Of a stretch of DNA of 64,000 nucleotides, positions 36,038 through 45,131 are shown one piece after another. The stretch spans positions 2,080,001 to 2,144,000 of the forward strand of contig JASGHJ010000001.1 of assembly GCA_047602405.1 (NCBI GenBank), read 5' to 3'. The translations under genes were made by a program, and so were the position numbers. Source of the DNA: Anaeromyxobacteraceae bacterium. GTDB lineage: Bacteria; Myxococcota; Myxococcia; Myxococcales; Anaeromyxobacteraceae. The number at the start of each line of letters is the position of its first letter. Within the stretch, counting starts at the first letter, position 1. Below the pieces are notes generated by a model. That model was not told the DNA's origin, did not search any database, and was given only the letters and a program-made list of their open reading frames with translations.

Positions 36038-36718
36038 GTGATCCAGCTCTTCCACGTCTCGAAGGAGTACCCGGGCGACGGCCTGGCGCTCCAGGACGTG
36101 TCGCTCGAGATCGAGAAGGGCGAGTTCGTCTTCCTCACCGGCGCGTCCGGCGCCGGGAAGTCCACGCTCCTCAAGCTCATCTTCTGCGACGAGCCCGCCA
36201 CGAGCGGCCAGCTCCTCCTCTTCGGCAAGAACGTCGCGAAGATCCGGCCCGCCGCGGTCCCCTACGTGCGCCGCAACATCGGCGTCGTCTTCCAGGACTT
36301 CAAGCTCCTGCCGCTCCGCACGGTCGCCGAGAACGTCGCGCTGCCGCTCGAGGTGCGCGGCATGCCGGAGAAGGAGCTCAAGAAGAAGGTGATGGGGCTC
36401 CTGCGCTCGGTGGGGCTCGAGTACAAGGCCGGGAAGCTCCCGCCCGCGCTCTCGGGCGGCGAGCAGCAGCGCGTCGCGGTGGCCCGCGCGCTCGCGGCCG
36501 ACCCCGCGCTCCTCCTCGCCGACGAGCCCACCGGCAACCTCGACCCGGACCGCACGCTCGAGGTGATGGACCTCCTCTACCAGGCGAACGCGCGCGGCAC
36601 GACCGTGGTGGTCGCGACCCACGACCGCAGCCTCCTCGAGCGCTACAAGAAGCGCGTGATCGTGCTCGAGCGCGGGCGGCTCCTCTCCGACGGCGACCAG
36701 GTGCGCCGCGCAGGCTGA
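36038..36718 (+). CDS. ftsE: Cell division ATP-binding protein FtsE
   Basis: GASGAGKST, RRNIGVVFQDFKLL, LSGGEQQRV, ADEPTGNLD. Confidence 0.95.
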   Translation: MIQLFHVSKEYPGDGLALQDVSLEIEKGEFVFLTGASGAGKSTLLKLIFCDEPATSGQLLLFGKNVAKIRPAAVPYVRRNIGVVFQDFKLLPLRTVAENVALPLEVRGMPEKELKKKVMGLLRSVGLEYKAGKLPPALSGGEQQRVAVARALAADPALLLADEPTGNLDPDRTLEVMDLLYQANARGTTVVVATHDRSLLERYKKRVIVLERGRLLSDGDQVRRAG

Positions 36719-36724
36719 TCGCCG

Positions 36725-37609
36725 ATGGCGCTCCGACCCCTCGAGGCCTTCCGCCGCGCGCTGACCGCGATGGTGCGCGGGCCGTACGTCGCCCTCGTCG
36801 GCACCGCCACCATCTTCGTCGCGGTCCTCGCCACCGGCCTCTTCGCCGCCACGCTCGGCGGCGCCGAGCGGCTCCTCGCGGCCTGGGGCGGCGAGGTGCG
36901 CATCTCGGTCTACCTCGCGCCGGGCGCCGACCTCGGGAAGGCGCACGAGGCGGCGGCGGTCATCGCCGCGCCGCGCGCCGTCGAGGCGGTCCCGTCCCGG
37001 CTCGCGCTCGAGCGGCTCTCGGCCTCGCTCGGCGACGAGGCGCACCTCCTCGGCGGCGTCGAGCCGGGGGCCCTGCCCGACGCGGTGGAGGTGATCGCGC
37101 CGGGCATCGACCTCGCCGGCGCGCGGGCGCTCGCCGCGCGGCTGAAGGAGGTCCCGGGCGCCGCCGACGTCGACTACGGCAACGCCTGGCTCGAGGGGCT
37201 CGAGCGGCTCGTCTCTCGCGCGCGGGTCGCGGCGGCGGTGCTGTTCGTCGCGCTCGCGCTCGCGACGGCGGTGCTCGTCTCGAACACGCTCCGGCTCGCG
37301 GTCTTCGCGCGGCGCGACGAGATCGAGATCATGAAGCTCGTGGGGGCCACCGACGGGTTCGTCGCGGCGCCGTTCCTGCTCGAGGGCGCGCTGCAGGGGC
37401 TCCTGGGGGCCGGGCTCGCGGTGCTGGCGCTCCTCGCCGTCCACGCCGCCCTCGTGCCGCGCCTCGCGGCGGCGGTGCCCCTCGCGGCGGGCCTGGGCCT
37501 CGCCGACACGCTGCCGGGCAGCCTCGTCGCGGCGCTCCTCGCCGGCGGCACCGGGGTCGGGCTCCTCGGCTCGACGCTCGCGGTGCTGCGCGCGCTCCGG
37601 CGCGCCTGA
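36725..37609 (+). CDS. ftsX: Cell division permease FtsX
   Basis: NTLRLAVFARRDEIEIMKLVGAT..FV..PFLLEG; follows ftsE. Confidence 0.93.
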   Translation: MALRPLEAFRRALTAMVRGPYVALVGTATIFVAVLATGLFAATLGGAERLLAAWGGEVRISVYLAPGADLGKAHEAAAVIAAPRAVEAVPSRLALERLSASLGDEAHLLGGVEPGALPDAVEVIAPGIDLAGARALAARLKEVPGAADVDYGNAWLEGLERLVSRARVAAAVLFVALALATAVLVSNTLRLAVFARRDEIEIMKLVGATDGFVAAPFLLEGALQGLLGAGLAVLALLAVHAALVPRLAAAVPLAAGLGLADTLPGSLVAALLAGGTGVGLLGSTLAVLRALRRA

Positions 37610-37620
37610 GGGAGCCGGCC

Positions 37621-38730
37621 GTGCTCGCCGCCCTCGCCGCGCTCCTCCCGCTCCTCGCCGCCGCGCCCGACGCCCACGGGCAGCTGAAGGCCCTCGAGGC
37701 GCGGCGGCGCGCCGAGGAGACCGCCGCGAAGCTCCTCGCCGAGCAGGAGCGCTCGGTCCTCGACACGCTCGCCGAGTCGGAGCGGTCGGCCGCCGAGGCC
37801 GACGCGGAGTGGCACCGGGTCGAGGCGGCGCGGATCCAGGCGCAGGCGAGCCTCGCGCGCGCGGCGCAGGACGAGGAGACCGCCCGGGCCCGGCAGCGCG
37901 CGCGCCTCGCCGAGCTCCGGCCCCGGCTCCTCGCGCGGGCGCGCACCGGCGCCGCCGGCGAGCTCCGGGCGATGCTGACCGCGACGACGCTCGCGGATCT
38001 CGTGAAGCGCCGCTACCTCCTGTCGCGCATCCTCGACCGCGACCTCGGGCTGCTCGCCGACGCGCGGGCCGCGCACGACGCGGCCGAGCGGGCCCGCGCC
38101 GAGCGCGAGGTCGAGGCCACGCGGCTCCAGGCGCTCGCGGCCGAGGCCGAGGAGCGCCGCGAGGACGCCGGCGCCCGCCGGGAGGAGCGCGAGACGCTGC
38201 TCGCCGCGCTCAAGACCGCCCGGGGCTTCCACGAGCGCGCGGCCGCCGAGGTGGCGTCGCAGACGCGCCGGCTCGCCGACTTCGTCGCGACGCTCCCGCC
38301 TCCGCGCACCGCCGCGGCCGGCGGCGACTTCGCAGCGCGCCGCGGCAGGCTCCCCGCGCCCGCGCCCGGTCCGGTGACCGTCCCGTTCGGGCGGGTGGTC
38401 AACCCCCGGTTCAACACGGTCACCGTGCAGAACGGGGTCGACATCGCCGCGCCGAAGGGGGCGCCCGTCCGGGCCGTCGCGCCGGGGCGCGTCGTGCACG
38501 CCGGCTGGTTCAAGGGCTACGGCAACCTCGTGATCGTCGACCACGGCGAGGGCTTCCACACGCTCGCGGCGCACCTCGGCTCGATGCGGACGGCCATGGG
38601 CGAGCAGGTCGACGCCGGGGCGGTGCTGGGGACCGTCGGGGACTCGGGGTCGCTCAAGGGTGCGTACCTGTACTTCGAGGTGCGCGACCACGGCCGCCCG
38701 GTGGACCCCCGCGAATGGCTGGCCCCCTGA
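37621..38730 (+). CDS. envC: EnvC-like murein hydrolase activator (coiled coil plus M23 domain)
   Basis: Long coiled coil followed by NGVDI, GYGNLVIVDHG, LYFEVR; the M23 Zn ligands are degenerate. Confidence 0.85.
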   Translation: MLAALAALLPLLAAAPDAHGQLKALEARRRAEETAAKLLAEQERSVLDTLAESERSAAEADAEWHRVEAARIQAQASLARAAQDEETARARQRARLAELRPRLLARARTGAAGELRAMLTATTLADLVKRRYLLSRILDRDLGLLADARAAHDAAERARAEREVEATRLQALAAEAEERREDAGARREERETLLAALKTARGFHERAAAEVASQTRRLADFVATLPPPRTAAAGGDFAARRGRLPAPAPGPVTVPFGRVVNPRFNTVTVQNGVDIAAPKGAPVRAVAPGRVVHAGWFKGYGNLVIVDHGEGFHTLAAHLGSMRTAMGEQVDAGAVLGTVGDSGSLKGAYLYFEVRDHGRPVDPREWLAP

Positions 38731-38796
38731 TCCGGTGACGCGCCGCGCCCGGGGCCGCATTGGAACGCCGGGTGTAGCCGCGGCTATCATCGCGGG

Positions 38797-40155
38797 ATGA
38801 ATCGGACCCGCCTCCCGGGGCGCCCCCGAGCTTCGGTGCTGTCGCCCCTCAGGGCGCCGCGGGTGAACATCGCCCTCGTCGTCGCCCTCGCCGTGGCGTT
38901 CTTCGCGGGGCTCTCCCTCGACCACGTCGCGTCGGCCGCGAAGAAGGCGCCGGCCCCGCCGTACAAGCTGCTCGACGTGTTCAGCGACGTGCTCGCGAGC
39001 GTCGAGAACCAGTACGTGGAGCGGCTCGACGAGCGGGAGCTCGTCTACGGGGCGATCGACGGCCTCGTCGGGCGCCTCGACCCGCACTCGAGCTTCATGC
39101 GCCCCGAGGTCTACCGCGCGATGCGCGACGAGACCTCCGGCGAGTACGACGGCATCGGCATCGAGGCGACGATCGCGAAGGGCGTCCTCACGGTGGTCTC
39201 GCCGCTCGCCGACTCGCCGGGCGAGCGCGCCGGGCTGCACCCCGGCGACCGCATCCTCTCCATCGACGGCGAGAGCACCCGCGACATGCCGCTCGCCGAC
39301 GCCCTGCGCCGCTTCAAGGGCGCGGTCGGCTCGCGCGTCGCCCTCGAGATCATGCGCGACGGCTTCTCTGCCCCGCAGCGGCTCACCCTCATCCGCGACC
39401 GCGTGCGCACCCAGAGCGTGGAGTCACGGGTGGTGGACCCCGCGAGCCGCTACGTCTACGCGCGCATCAAGTCCTTCTCCGACCGCACCGACCGCGCGCT
39501 GTCGCGCGCGCTCGAGGAGGCCCGCACGCAGCTCCACGGCGAGATCGGCGGCCTGGTGCTCGACCTGCGCAACAACCCGGGCGGCCTGCTCGACCAGGGC
39601 GTGCGGGTCTCCGACCTGTTCCTCGCCTCGGGCGTCATCGTCTCGACCGAGGGGCGCAGCGGCAAGGAGGTCGAGCGGGCGCGCGAGCAGGGCACCGAGC
39701 CGCGCTACCCGATGATCGTGCTCGTCAACAAGGGCACCGCCTCCGCGAGCGAGATTGTGGCGGGCGCGCTGCAGGACCACGGGCGCGCGGTCATCATGGG
39801 CACGCCCTCGTTCGGCAAGGGCACCGTGCAGACCCTCATCGAGCTCGAGGACGGCTCGGGGCTGAAGCTCACCACGGCGCGCTACTACACGCCGAAGCAC
39901 CGCTCGATCCAGGAGCAGGGCATCACCCCGGACGTCGTCGTCGAGGACCGGGCGCAGCCCGCGGTGGCCGAGGCCGGCCCGAGCGAGCGCGACCTCAGGG
40001 GTCACCTCGCGAACGACACGGGCGCGGGCGGCCTCGCCCCGGCGGCCGCGGCGGTCGCCGGGGACCACCAGCTGAAGACCGCGCTCGACTACCTGAAGGC
40101 GGTCGGGATCATGAACGGCGGCGACCGCCCCGCACGGGGGGTCGCGACGAAGTAG
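38797..40155 (+). CDS. ctpA: Carboxy-terminal processing protease (S41 with PDZ)
   Basis: LDPHS, GIGI, DLRNNPGGLL, TASASEIVAGALQD, FGKG, TTARYYTP; the true start may lie slightly downstream. Confidence 0.92.
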   Translation: MNRTRLPGRPRASVLSPLRAPRVNIALVVALAVAFFAGLSLDHVASAAKKAPAPPYKLLDVFSDVLASVENQYVERLDERELVYGAIDGLVGRLDPHSSFMRPEVYRAMRDETSGEYDGIGIEATIAKGVLTVVSPLADSPGERAGLHPGDRILSIDGESTRDMPLADALRRFKGAVGSRVALEIMRDGFSAPQRLTLIRDRVRTQSVESRVVDPASRYVYARIKSFSDRTDRALSRALEEARTQLHGEIGGLVLDLRNNPGGLLDQGVRVSDLFLASGVIVSTEGRSGKEVERAREQGTEPRYPMIVLVNKGTASASEIVAGALQDHGRAVIMGTPSFGKGTVQTLIELEDGSGLKLTTARYYTPKHRSIQEQGITPDVVVEDRAQPAVAEAGPSERDLRGHLANDTGAGGLAPAAAAVAGDHQLKTALDYLKAVGIMNGGDRPARGVATK

Positions 40156-40242
40156 CCTGCCAGGCGGTCGCCGAAGCTCCCGGACCCTTTCAGGATCCGG
40201 ACGCAGCCCGAAATGTCCAATGGCCACGACATCTTGGCTGAT

Positions 40243-40270
40243 TTGACACCTTGCGCTGAGTCGCTATCAT
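40243..40270 (+). promoter_or_regulatory. Sigma70-like promoter for the GT2 gene
   Basis: TTGACA-16 bp-TATCAT. Confidence 0.6.
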
Positions 40271-40348
40271 CCGCGCTCCACGGCCAGCCGGCCAGGGAAA
40301 CCCTGGCCCGGGAGAAGCGGCGCATCCCGCCGGAGCGCCTGCCCAACA

Positions 40349-41860
40349 ATGAGTCCCCTCGAGATCTCGGTCTTCGTCGCGTACGCGTCGCTGCTCGCCT
40401 GCCTCTCCATCTACGGCGTGCACCGCTACGTGATGGCGTTCCTGTACTACCGCCACAAGTTCAAGCTGCCGACGCCCGCCGGCCGGTTCGCCGAGCCGCC
40501 GCGGGTGACGATCCAGCTGCCGATCTTCAACGAGATGTACGTGACCGAGCGGCTCATCGACGCGGTCGCGAAGATCGAGTGGCCGCGGGACCGCTTCGAG
40601 ATCCAGGTCCTCGACGACTCCACCGACGAGACGACCGCCATCGCGCGGGCGTGCGTCGAGCGCCACGCGGCGGCGGGCCTCGACATCGTCTACATCCACC
40701 GGACCAACCGGAAGGGCTTCAAGGCGGGCGCCCTCGAGCACGGGCTCCAGAGCGCGAAGGGCGAGTTCGTCGCCGTCTTCGACGCCGACTTCATCCCGCA
40801 GGCCGACTACCTCCTGAAGGCGATGCCGCACTTCACCGCGCCGGACGTGGCGGTGGTGCAGGCGCGCTGGGGCCACCTCAACCGCGACTACTCGATCCTC
40901 TCGAACGTCGAGGCGGTCATGCTCGACGGCCACTTCGTCATCGAGCACGGCGCGCGCAGCCGGTCCGGCCGCTTCTTCAACTTCAACGGCACCGCCGGCA
41001 TCTGGCGGCGCAGGGCGATCGAGGAGTCGGGCGGCTGGCAGCACGACACCATCACCGAGGACCTCGACCTCTCCTACCGCGCGCAGCTCCGCGGCTGGCG
41101 CTTCGTCTACCTGAAGGAGCTCGTGGTCCCGGCCGAGCTCCCGGTCGAGATGAACGCCTTCAAGGCCCAGCAGCACCGCTGGGCGAAGGGCTCGATCCAG
41201 GTCGCGCTCAAGATCTTCCCGCTGCTCAAGGAGGCGAAGGGCCTCCCGAAGCACATCCGCCACGAGGCGTGGCTGCACCTCACCGCGAACCTCGCCTACC
41301 TGCTCATGATCCCGCTGTCGATCATGCTGCCGGTGACGGTGGTCGTGCGCGTCTCGCACGGCGCGCTCGAGGTGCTGTTCTTCGACCTCCCGATGTTCGC
41401 GCTCGCCTCGTTCTCGGTCGCGCTCTTCTACGTCGCGAGCCAGGTCGAGCAGGGGCGCGGCACCTGGCGCTCCGTGAAGTACCTGCCGGCCGTCATGGCG
41501 CTCGGCATCGGCCTCTCGGTCAACCAGGCCCGCGCGGTCGTCGAGGCGCTCATGGGCTACGAGACCGGCTTCGTGCGCACGCCGAAGCTCGGCGAGGCCG
41601 CGCAGAAGAAGGGCGCGGGCTCCGTCGCGAAGAAGCGCTACAAGGGGCTCGTGAACTTCCAGCCGGTGGTCGAGCTCGGCCTCGCGGCGTACATGACCTA
41701 CGGTGTGATGTTCCTCATCGACCGCAAGGAGTACTGGTCGCTGCCGTTCCTGTTCCTCTTCCAGGCCGGCTTCGCCTGGGTCGGCCTCACCAGCGTCTAC
41801 GAGGGCCTCCGCGGCACCGTCGTCCGGTGGGCCCGCACGCTGAACTACGAGAGGGCGTAG
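40349..41860 (+). CDS. Membrane GT2 glycosyltransferase (cellulose-synthase-like, CslA-type)
   Basis: QLPIFNE, DDSTD, GFKAGAL, FDADF, TEDLDLS, QQHRW (D,D,D,QxxRW) and TM helices. Confidence 0.92.
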   Translation: MSPLEISVFVAYASLLACLSIYGVHRYVMAFLYYRHKFKLPTPAGRFAEPPRVTIQLPIFNEMYVTERLIDAVAKIEWPRDRFEIQVLDDSTDETTAIARACVERHAAAGLDIVYIHRTNRKGFKAGALEHGLQSAKGEFVAVFDADFIPQADYLLKAMPHFTAPDVAVVQARWGHLNRDYSILSNVEAVMLDGHFVIEHGARSRSGRFFNFNGTAGIWRRRAIEESGGWQHDTITEDLDLSYRAQLRGWRFVYLKELVVPAELPVEMNAFKAQQHRWAKGSIQVALKIFPLLKEAKGLPKHIRHEAWLHLTANLAYLLMIPLSIMLPVTVVVRVSHGALEVLFFDLPMFALASFSVALFYVASQVEQGRGTWRSVKYLPAVMALGIGLSVNQARAVVEALMGYETGFVRTPKLGEAAQKKGAGSVAKKRYKGLVNFQPVVELGLAAYMTYGVMFLIDRKEYWSLPFLFLFQAGFAWVGLTSVYEGLRGTVVRWARTLNYERA

Positions 41861-41904
41861 GCCCCACCCCGGATCTGCTCCGCTGCGCTTCGCAGGAGAC
41901 GTGC

Positions 41905-42411
41905 TTGGAGTTCACGCTCGCGGTGTTCGGTGAGGCAGGGGAGCTGCAGTCGGTCGGCCGGGTGACCGGCGAGGGCCTCTCGGCGAAGTGGCTCGACGCG
42001 TGCCGCGCGCTCCTCGACGAGGGCGGCGGCCAGTTCGACGTGAACTGGTCCGGCCCGCTCGAGCACGTCCGCACGAAGCTCACCGCCGCGGGCGGTGGCG
42101 CGATGGTCACCTTCGGCGTCCACGACCAGCCCGCCGTCTCGATGTTCCTCGCGACGGGCAGGGACGCGAGCGCCGAGGCCGAGGTGCTCCGCTCCTGGGT
42201 CGACTCGCTCCGCGCGATCGAGTTCGTGCAGCGGAACACCAGCCGGGAGGCGCCGTTCGCCGAGGCGCTCACGCTCCCGGAGCGCCCGCTCGCCGTCGCC
42301 GTGCCGTGGGGCCACACCGGCGTGGGCGAGGAGGACGCCGACCTCGTGCGCGAGCTCGCGATGCACCTCGCGAGCGCGTTCCTCGAGGAAGCCGCGCGGC
42401 CGCTGGCGTAG
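41905..42411 (+). CDS. Hypothetical protein
   Basis: TTG start after AGGAG; high-GC3 frame; fills the gap between GT2 and GNAT. Confidence 0.55.
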   Translation: MEFTLAVFGEAGELQSVGRVTGEGLSAKWLDACRALLDEGGGQFDVNWSGPLEHVRTKLTAAGGGAMVTFGVHDQPAVSMFLATGRDASAEAEVLRSWVDSLRAIEFVQRNTSREAPFAEALTLPERPLAVAVPWGHTGVGEEDADLVRELAMHLASAFLEEAARPLA

Positions 42412-42415
42412 GGCC

Positions 42416-42919
42416 TCAGCCCAGCACCCGCTCCAGCACCGTCACCCCGCGGTCGAGCCGCCCGGCCTCGCCGAAGCCCATCCGCTCCCAGAACGCCCGC
42501 GCGCCGGGGTTCTCGTCGCCCACCGACGCGCGGAGCGTGCGGTAGCCGGCGGCGGCCAAGGCGTCGGCGAGCACGGTCACCGTCTCGGCGCCGTAGCCCT
42601 GGCCCTGGCAGGCCTCGCGGAACAGGAGGAGCCCCACGTGCGCGTCGCCCGCGCCAGGGTGATCGAGGTGGAGGTCGAGCAGCCCCGCGACCACGCCGGC
42701 CCGCGGCAGCACGAGCAGGTGCACCCGCCGCGCGGGATCACCCTCGGCGTCCTCGAGGAGCCGGGCGGCGTGGTCCGGCGCGGCGGGACCGCCCCCGGTG
42801 AGCTCGAAGTAGCCGGGCGCGGCGTCGAGGCAGGCCTGCAGCGCGGGCGCGTCGGCGGGCCGGGCGCGCGGCGCGCGGAGGCGCGGACCGTCGAGGGGGC
42901 CGAGGTCGCGGCGGCGCAC
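42416..42919 (-). CDS. GNAT family N-acetyltransferase
   Basis: GLLLFRE..QGQGYG and N.GARAFWERMGF. Confidence 0.85.
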   Translation of the reverse strand: MRRRDLGPLDGPRLRAPRARPADAPALQACLDAAPGYFELTGGGPAAPDHAARLLEDAEGDPARRVHLLVLPRAGVVAGLLDLHLDHPGAGDAHVGLLLFREACQGQGYGAETVTVLADALAAAGYRTLRASVGDENPGARAFWERMGFGEAGRLDRGVTVLERVLG

Positions 42920-42922
42920 GCG

Positions 42923-43678
42923 CTAGCCCAGGAGCCAGGTCTGCGCGTCGGGGTGCTCGAGCGTCGGCACGACCCGGTCCGCCCCGGTCGCGGCGAGCGC
43001 CTCGACCGTGTAGTTGCCGGTCGCGACCGCGAGCGCGGGGCACCCGGCCGCGTGCGCGGCCTCGACGTCGCGCGGCGTGTCGCCCACGACGAGGCACTCC
43101 GCCGGCGCGACGGCGCGGCCCAGGCGCGCGGACGCCCGGCGCACCGCCGCCTCGACCACCCGGCGACGCTCCTCGCCGTCGTGCGCGAACCCGCCGATCG
43201 CCTCCGGGTGCCACTCGAACCAGCGATCGAGCCGGCCGCGCGCGAGCTTGTGCCGCGCGCCCTCGAGGACGTTGCCGGTGCACAGGCCGTACGGCCGCCG
43301 GCGCCCGGCGAGCGCCGCGAGGAGCGCCTCGACCCCCGGCAGCACCGAGAAGCCGTGGCGCGCGGCCGCGTCCGGCGCGGCGGCGAGCTCGCGCTCGAGG
43401 TGCGCGACGTAGCGCGCGAGCACGGCGTCGCAGGCCGCGTCGTCGAACGGGTGGCCGAGGAGCTTCATGCCCTCGCGGACGATGAGCCGGTCGGTCATGC
43501 CGTCGAGCCTGAGCGCGGTGAGCGCGGCCTCCGCCGTCGCGGTGGCGGTCCGGCAGTGCTCGACGAGCGCGCGGTTGATCGAGCGCCGCCCGGCGCCGGC
43601 CGCGTGGATCAGGGTCCCGTCGATGTCGAGGAGGATGACGGCGAACCGGGAGGTCACTGGCGCTGGATTCCCGCTCAC
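42923..43678 (-). CDS. HAD family hydrolase (phosphoglycolate phosphatase-like)
   Basis: LLDIDGTL, GMTD, TGN, VVGDTPRDV..A; GTG start overlaps the ftsY stop. Confidence 0.88.
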   Translation of the reverse strand: MSGNPAPVTSRFAVILLDIDGTLIHAAGAGRRSINRALVEHCRTATATAEAALTALRLDGMTDRLIVREGMKLLGHPFDDAACDAVLARYVAHLERELAAAPDAAARHGFSVLPGVEALLAALAGRRRPYGLCTGNVLEGARHKLARGRLDRWFEWHPEAIGGFAHDGEERRRVVEAAVRRASARLGRAVAPAECLVVGDTPRDVEAAHAAGCPALAVATGNYTVEALAATGADRVVPTLEHPDAQTWLLG

Positions 43679-45066
43679 GCGAACAGGGCCTCCACGAACT
43701 CGGAGGGATCGAAGGGCCTGAGGTCCGCGACCGTCTCGCCCACGCCGACGTAGCGCACCGGGAGCTTGAGCTCGTCCGCGATGCCGATCACGACGCCGCC
43801 CTTCGCGGTCCCGTCGAGCTTCGTGAGCACGATGCCGGTGACGCCGAGCGCCTCGTGGAACTGGCGGGCCTGGGCGATGGCGTTCTGGCCGTTCGTGGCG
43901 TCGAGCACGAGCAGCACCTCGTGGGGCGCGCCGCCGGCGGCTTTCCCGATCACCCGCTTCACCTTCTTGAGCTCCTCCATGAGCGGCGTCTTCGTGTGGA
44001 GGCGGCCGGCGGTGTCGCAGAGCACGACGTCCACGCCGTCCTGCGCGCCCTTCTGGACGGCCTCGAAGCAGACGCTCGCCGGGTCGCCGCCCTCCTTGCC
44101 GCGGACGATGGGCGCGTCCACGCGGCCGGCCCAGACCTCGAGCTGCTCGCCGGCGGCGGCGCGGAAGGTGTCGCCCGCGCCGAGGAGCACCCCGTGACCG
44201 GCGCCCTTCAGCTTCGCGGCGAGCTTGCCCACGGTGGTGGTCTTGCCCGAGCCGTTCACGCCCACCACCATCACGACCCACGGCCGCGCCGCGCCGACCA
44301 CCGAGGGGCCCGCGCCGACGCCGTCGAGGGCGAGGATCCGCTGGATGTCCTCGCGGAGCGCCCCCTTCAGCTTCGCGGCGTCGGACACGTCCTTCCGCCG
44401 CACCTTCTCGCGCGCGGACTCGAGGAGCTTCGTGGCGGTCTTCACGCCGATGTCGGCGGTGAACAGGACCTCCTCGAGGTCCGCGAGCACCGCCTCGTCG
44501 ACGGCCTTGCCGCCGCCGAGGAGCGCCGAGAGGCGGGCCATGAACCCGCCGCGCGTGCGCTCGAGGCCGGCGGCGAGCGTCTTCCCCGCCTCGGCCTGCG
44601 CCTTCCTGCGCTCCTCCTCGAGGGCGCGGGCCTTCGCCTCGGCCGCCTCGCGCGCCGCGCGCGCGGCCTCCTCGCGGGCGCGCTGCTCGGCCTCCTCCTG
44701 CTCGCGCCGCTTGCGCTCCTTCTCCTGGCGCTCCGCCTCCTTCTTCTGGCGGTAGGCCTCCTTCTTCTCCTCCTCGCTCTTGAGCTCGGCTTCGACGCCG
44801 CTCACCCCGAGCGCAGGCCCGCGAGACGGGCCGGCGTCGAGGGGCGGCCCGGCCGCCTCGGGCGGGAGCCCGGCCTCGCGCTCCAGCTCGCGCTCAATCT
44901 CCTCTCCGGAGGGGGCCTTGCCGCCGGGGGCCGGCGGCGGCGCGCCGCCGCGGCGCCGGGCGAGCCGGAGCGCGGCGACGACCACGAGGAGGACCACGGC
45001 CGCGATGATCGCGAGGCCGACGGCGTCGTTCGCGGTGAGGGCCAGGACGAGAGGGTAGGCGAGCAA
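43675..45066 (-). CDS. ftsY: Signal recognition particle receptor FtsY with N-terminal TM segment
   Basis: GVNGSGKTTT, DTFRAAA, DTAGRLH, DATNGQNA, TKLDGTAKGG. Confidence 0.97.
   Translation of the reverse strand: MLAYPLVLALTANDAVGLAIIAAVVLLVVVAALRLARRRGGAPPPAPGGKAPSGEEIERELEREAGLPPEAAGPPLDAGPSRGPALGVSGVEAELKSEEEKKEAYRQKKEAERQEKERKRREQEEAEQRAREEAARAAREAAEAKARALEEERRKAQAEAGKTLAAGLERTRGGFMARLSALLGGGKAVDEAVLADLEEVLFTADIGVKTATKLLESAREKVRRKDVSDAAKLKGALREDIQRILALDGVGAGPSVVGAARPWVVMVVGVNGSGKTTTVGKLAAKLKGAGHGVLLGAGDTFRAAAGEQLEVWAGRVDAPIVRGKEGGDPASVCFEAVQKGAQDGVDVVLCDTAGRLHTKTPLMEELKKVKRVIGKAAGGAPHEVLLVLDATNGQNAIAQARQFHEALGVTGIVLTKLDGTAKGGVVIGIADELKLPVRYVGVGETVADLRPFDPSEFVEALFA
44798..44844 (+). repeat. 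Palindromic REP-like element inside ftsY (antisense, in-frame)
   Basis: CCGCTCACCCCGAGCGCA-GGCCCG-CGAGA-CGGGCC-GGCGTCGAGGGG; encodes PLDAGPSRGPALGVSG in FtsY. Confidence 0.7.
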
Positions 45067-45131
45067 GGAGGGCTCCGGGCGAGGGCCGTTGGATATACGG
45101 ACGCCTCCGGAGCCCTGTCAACGCGGGACTG

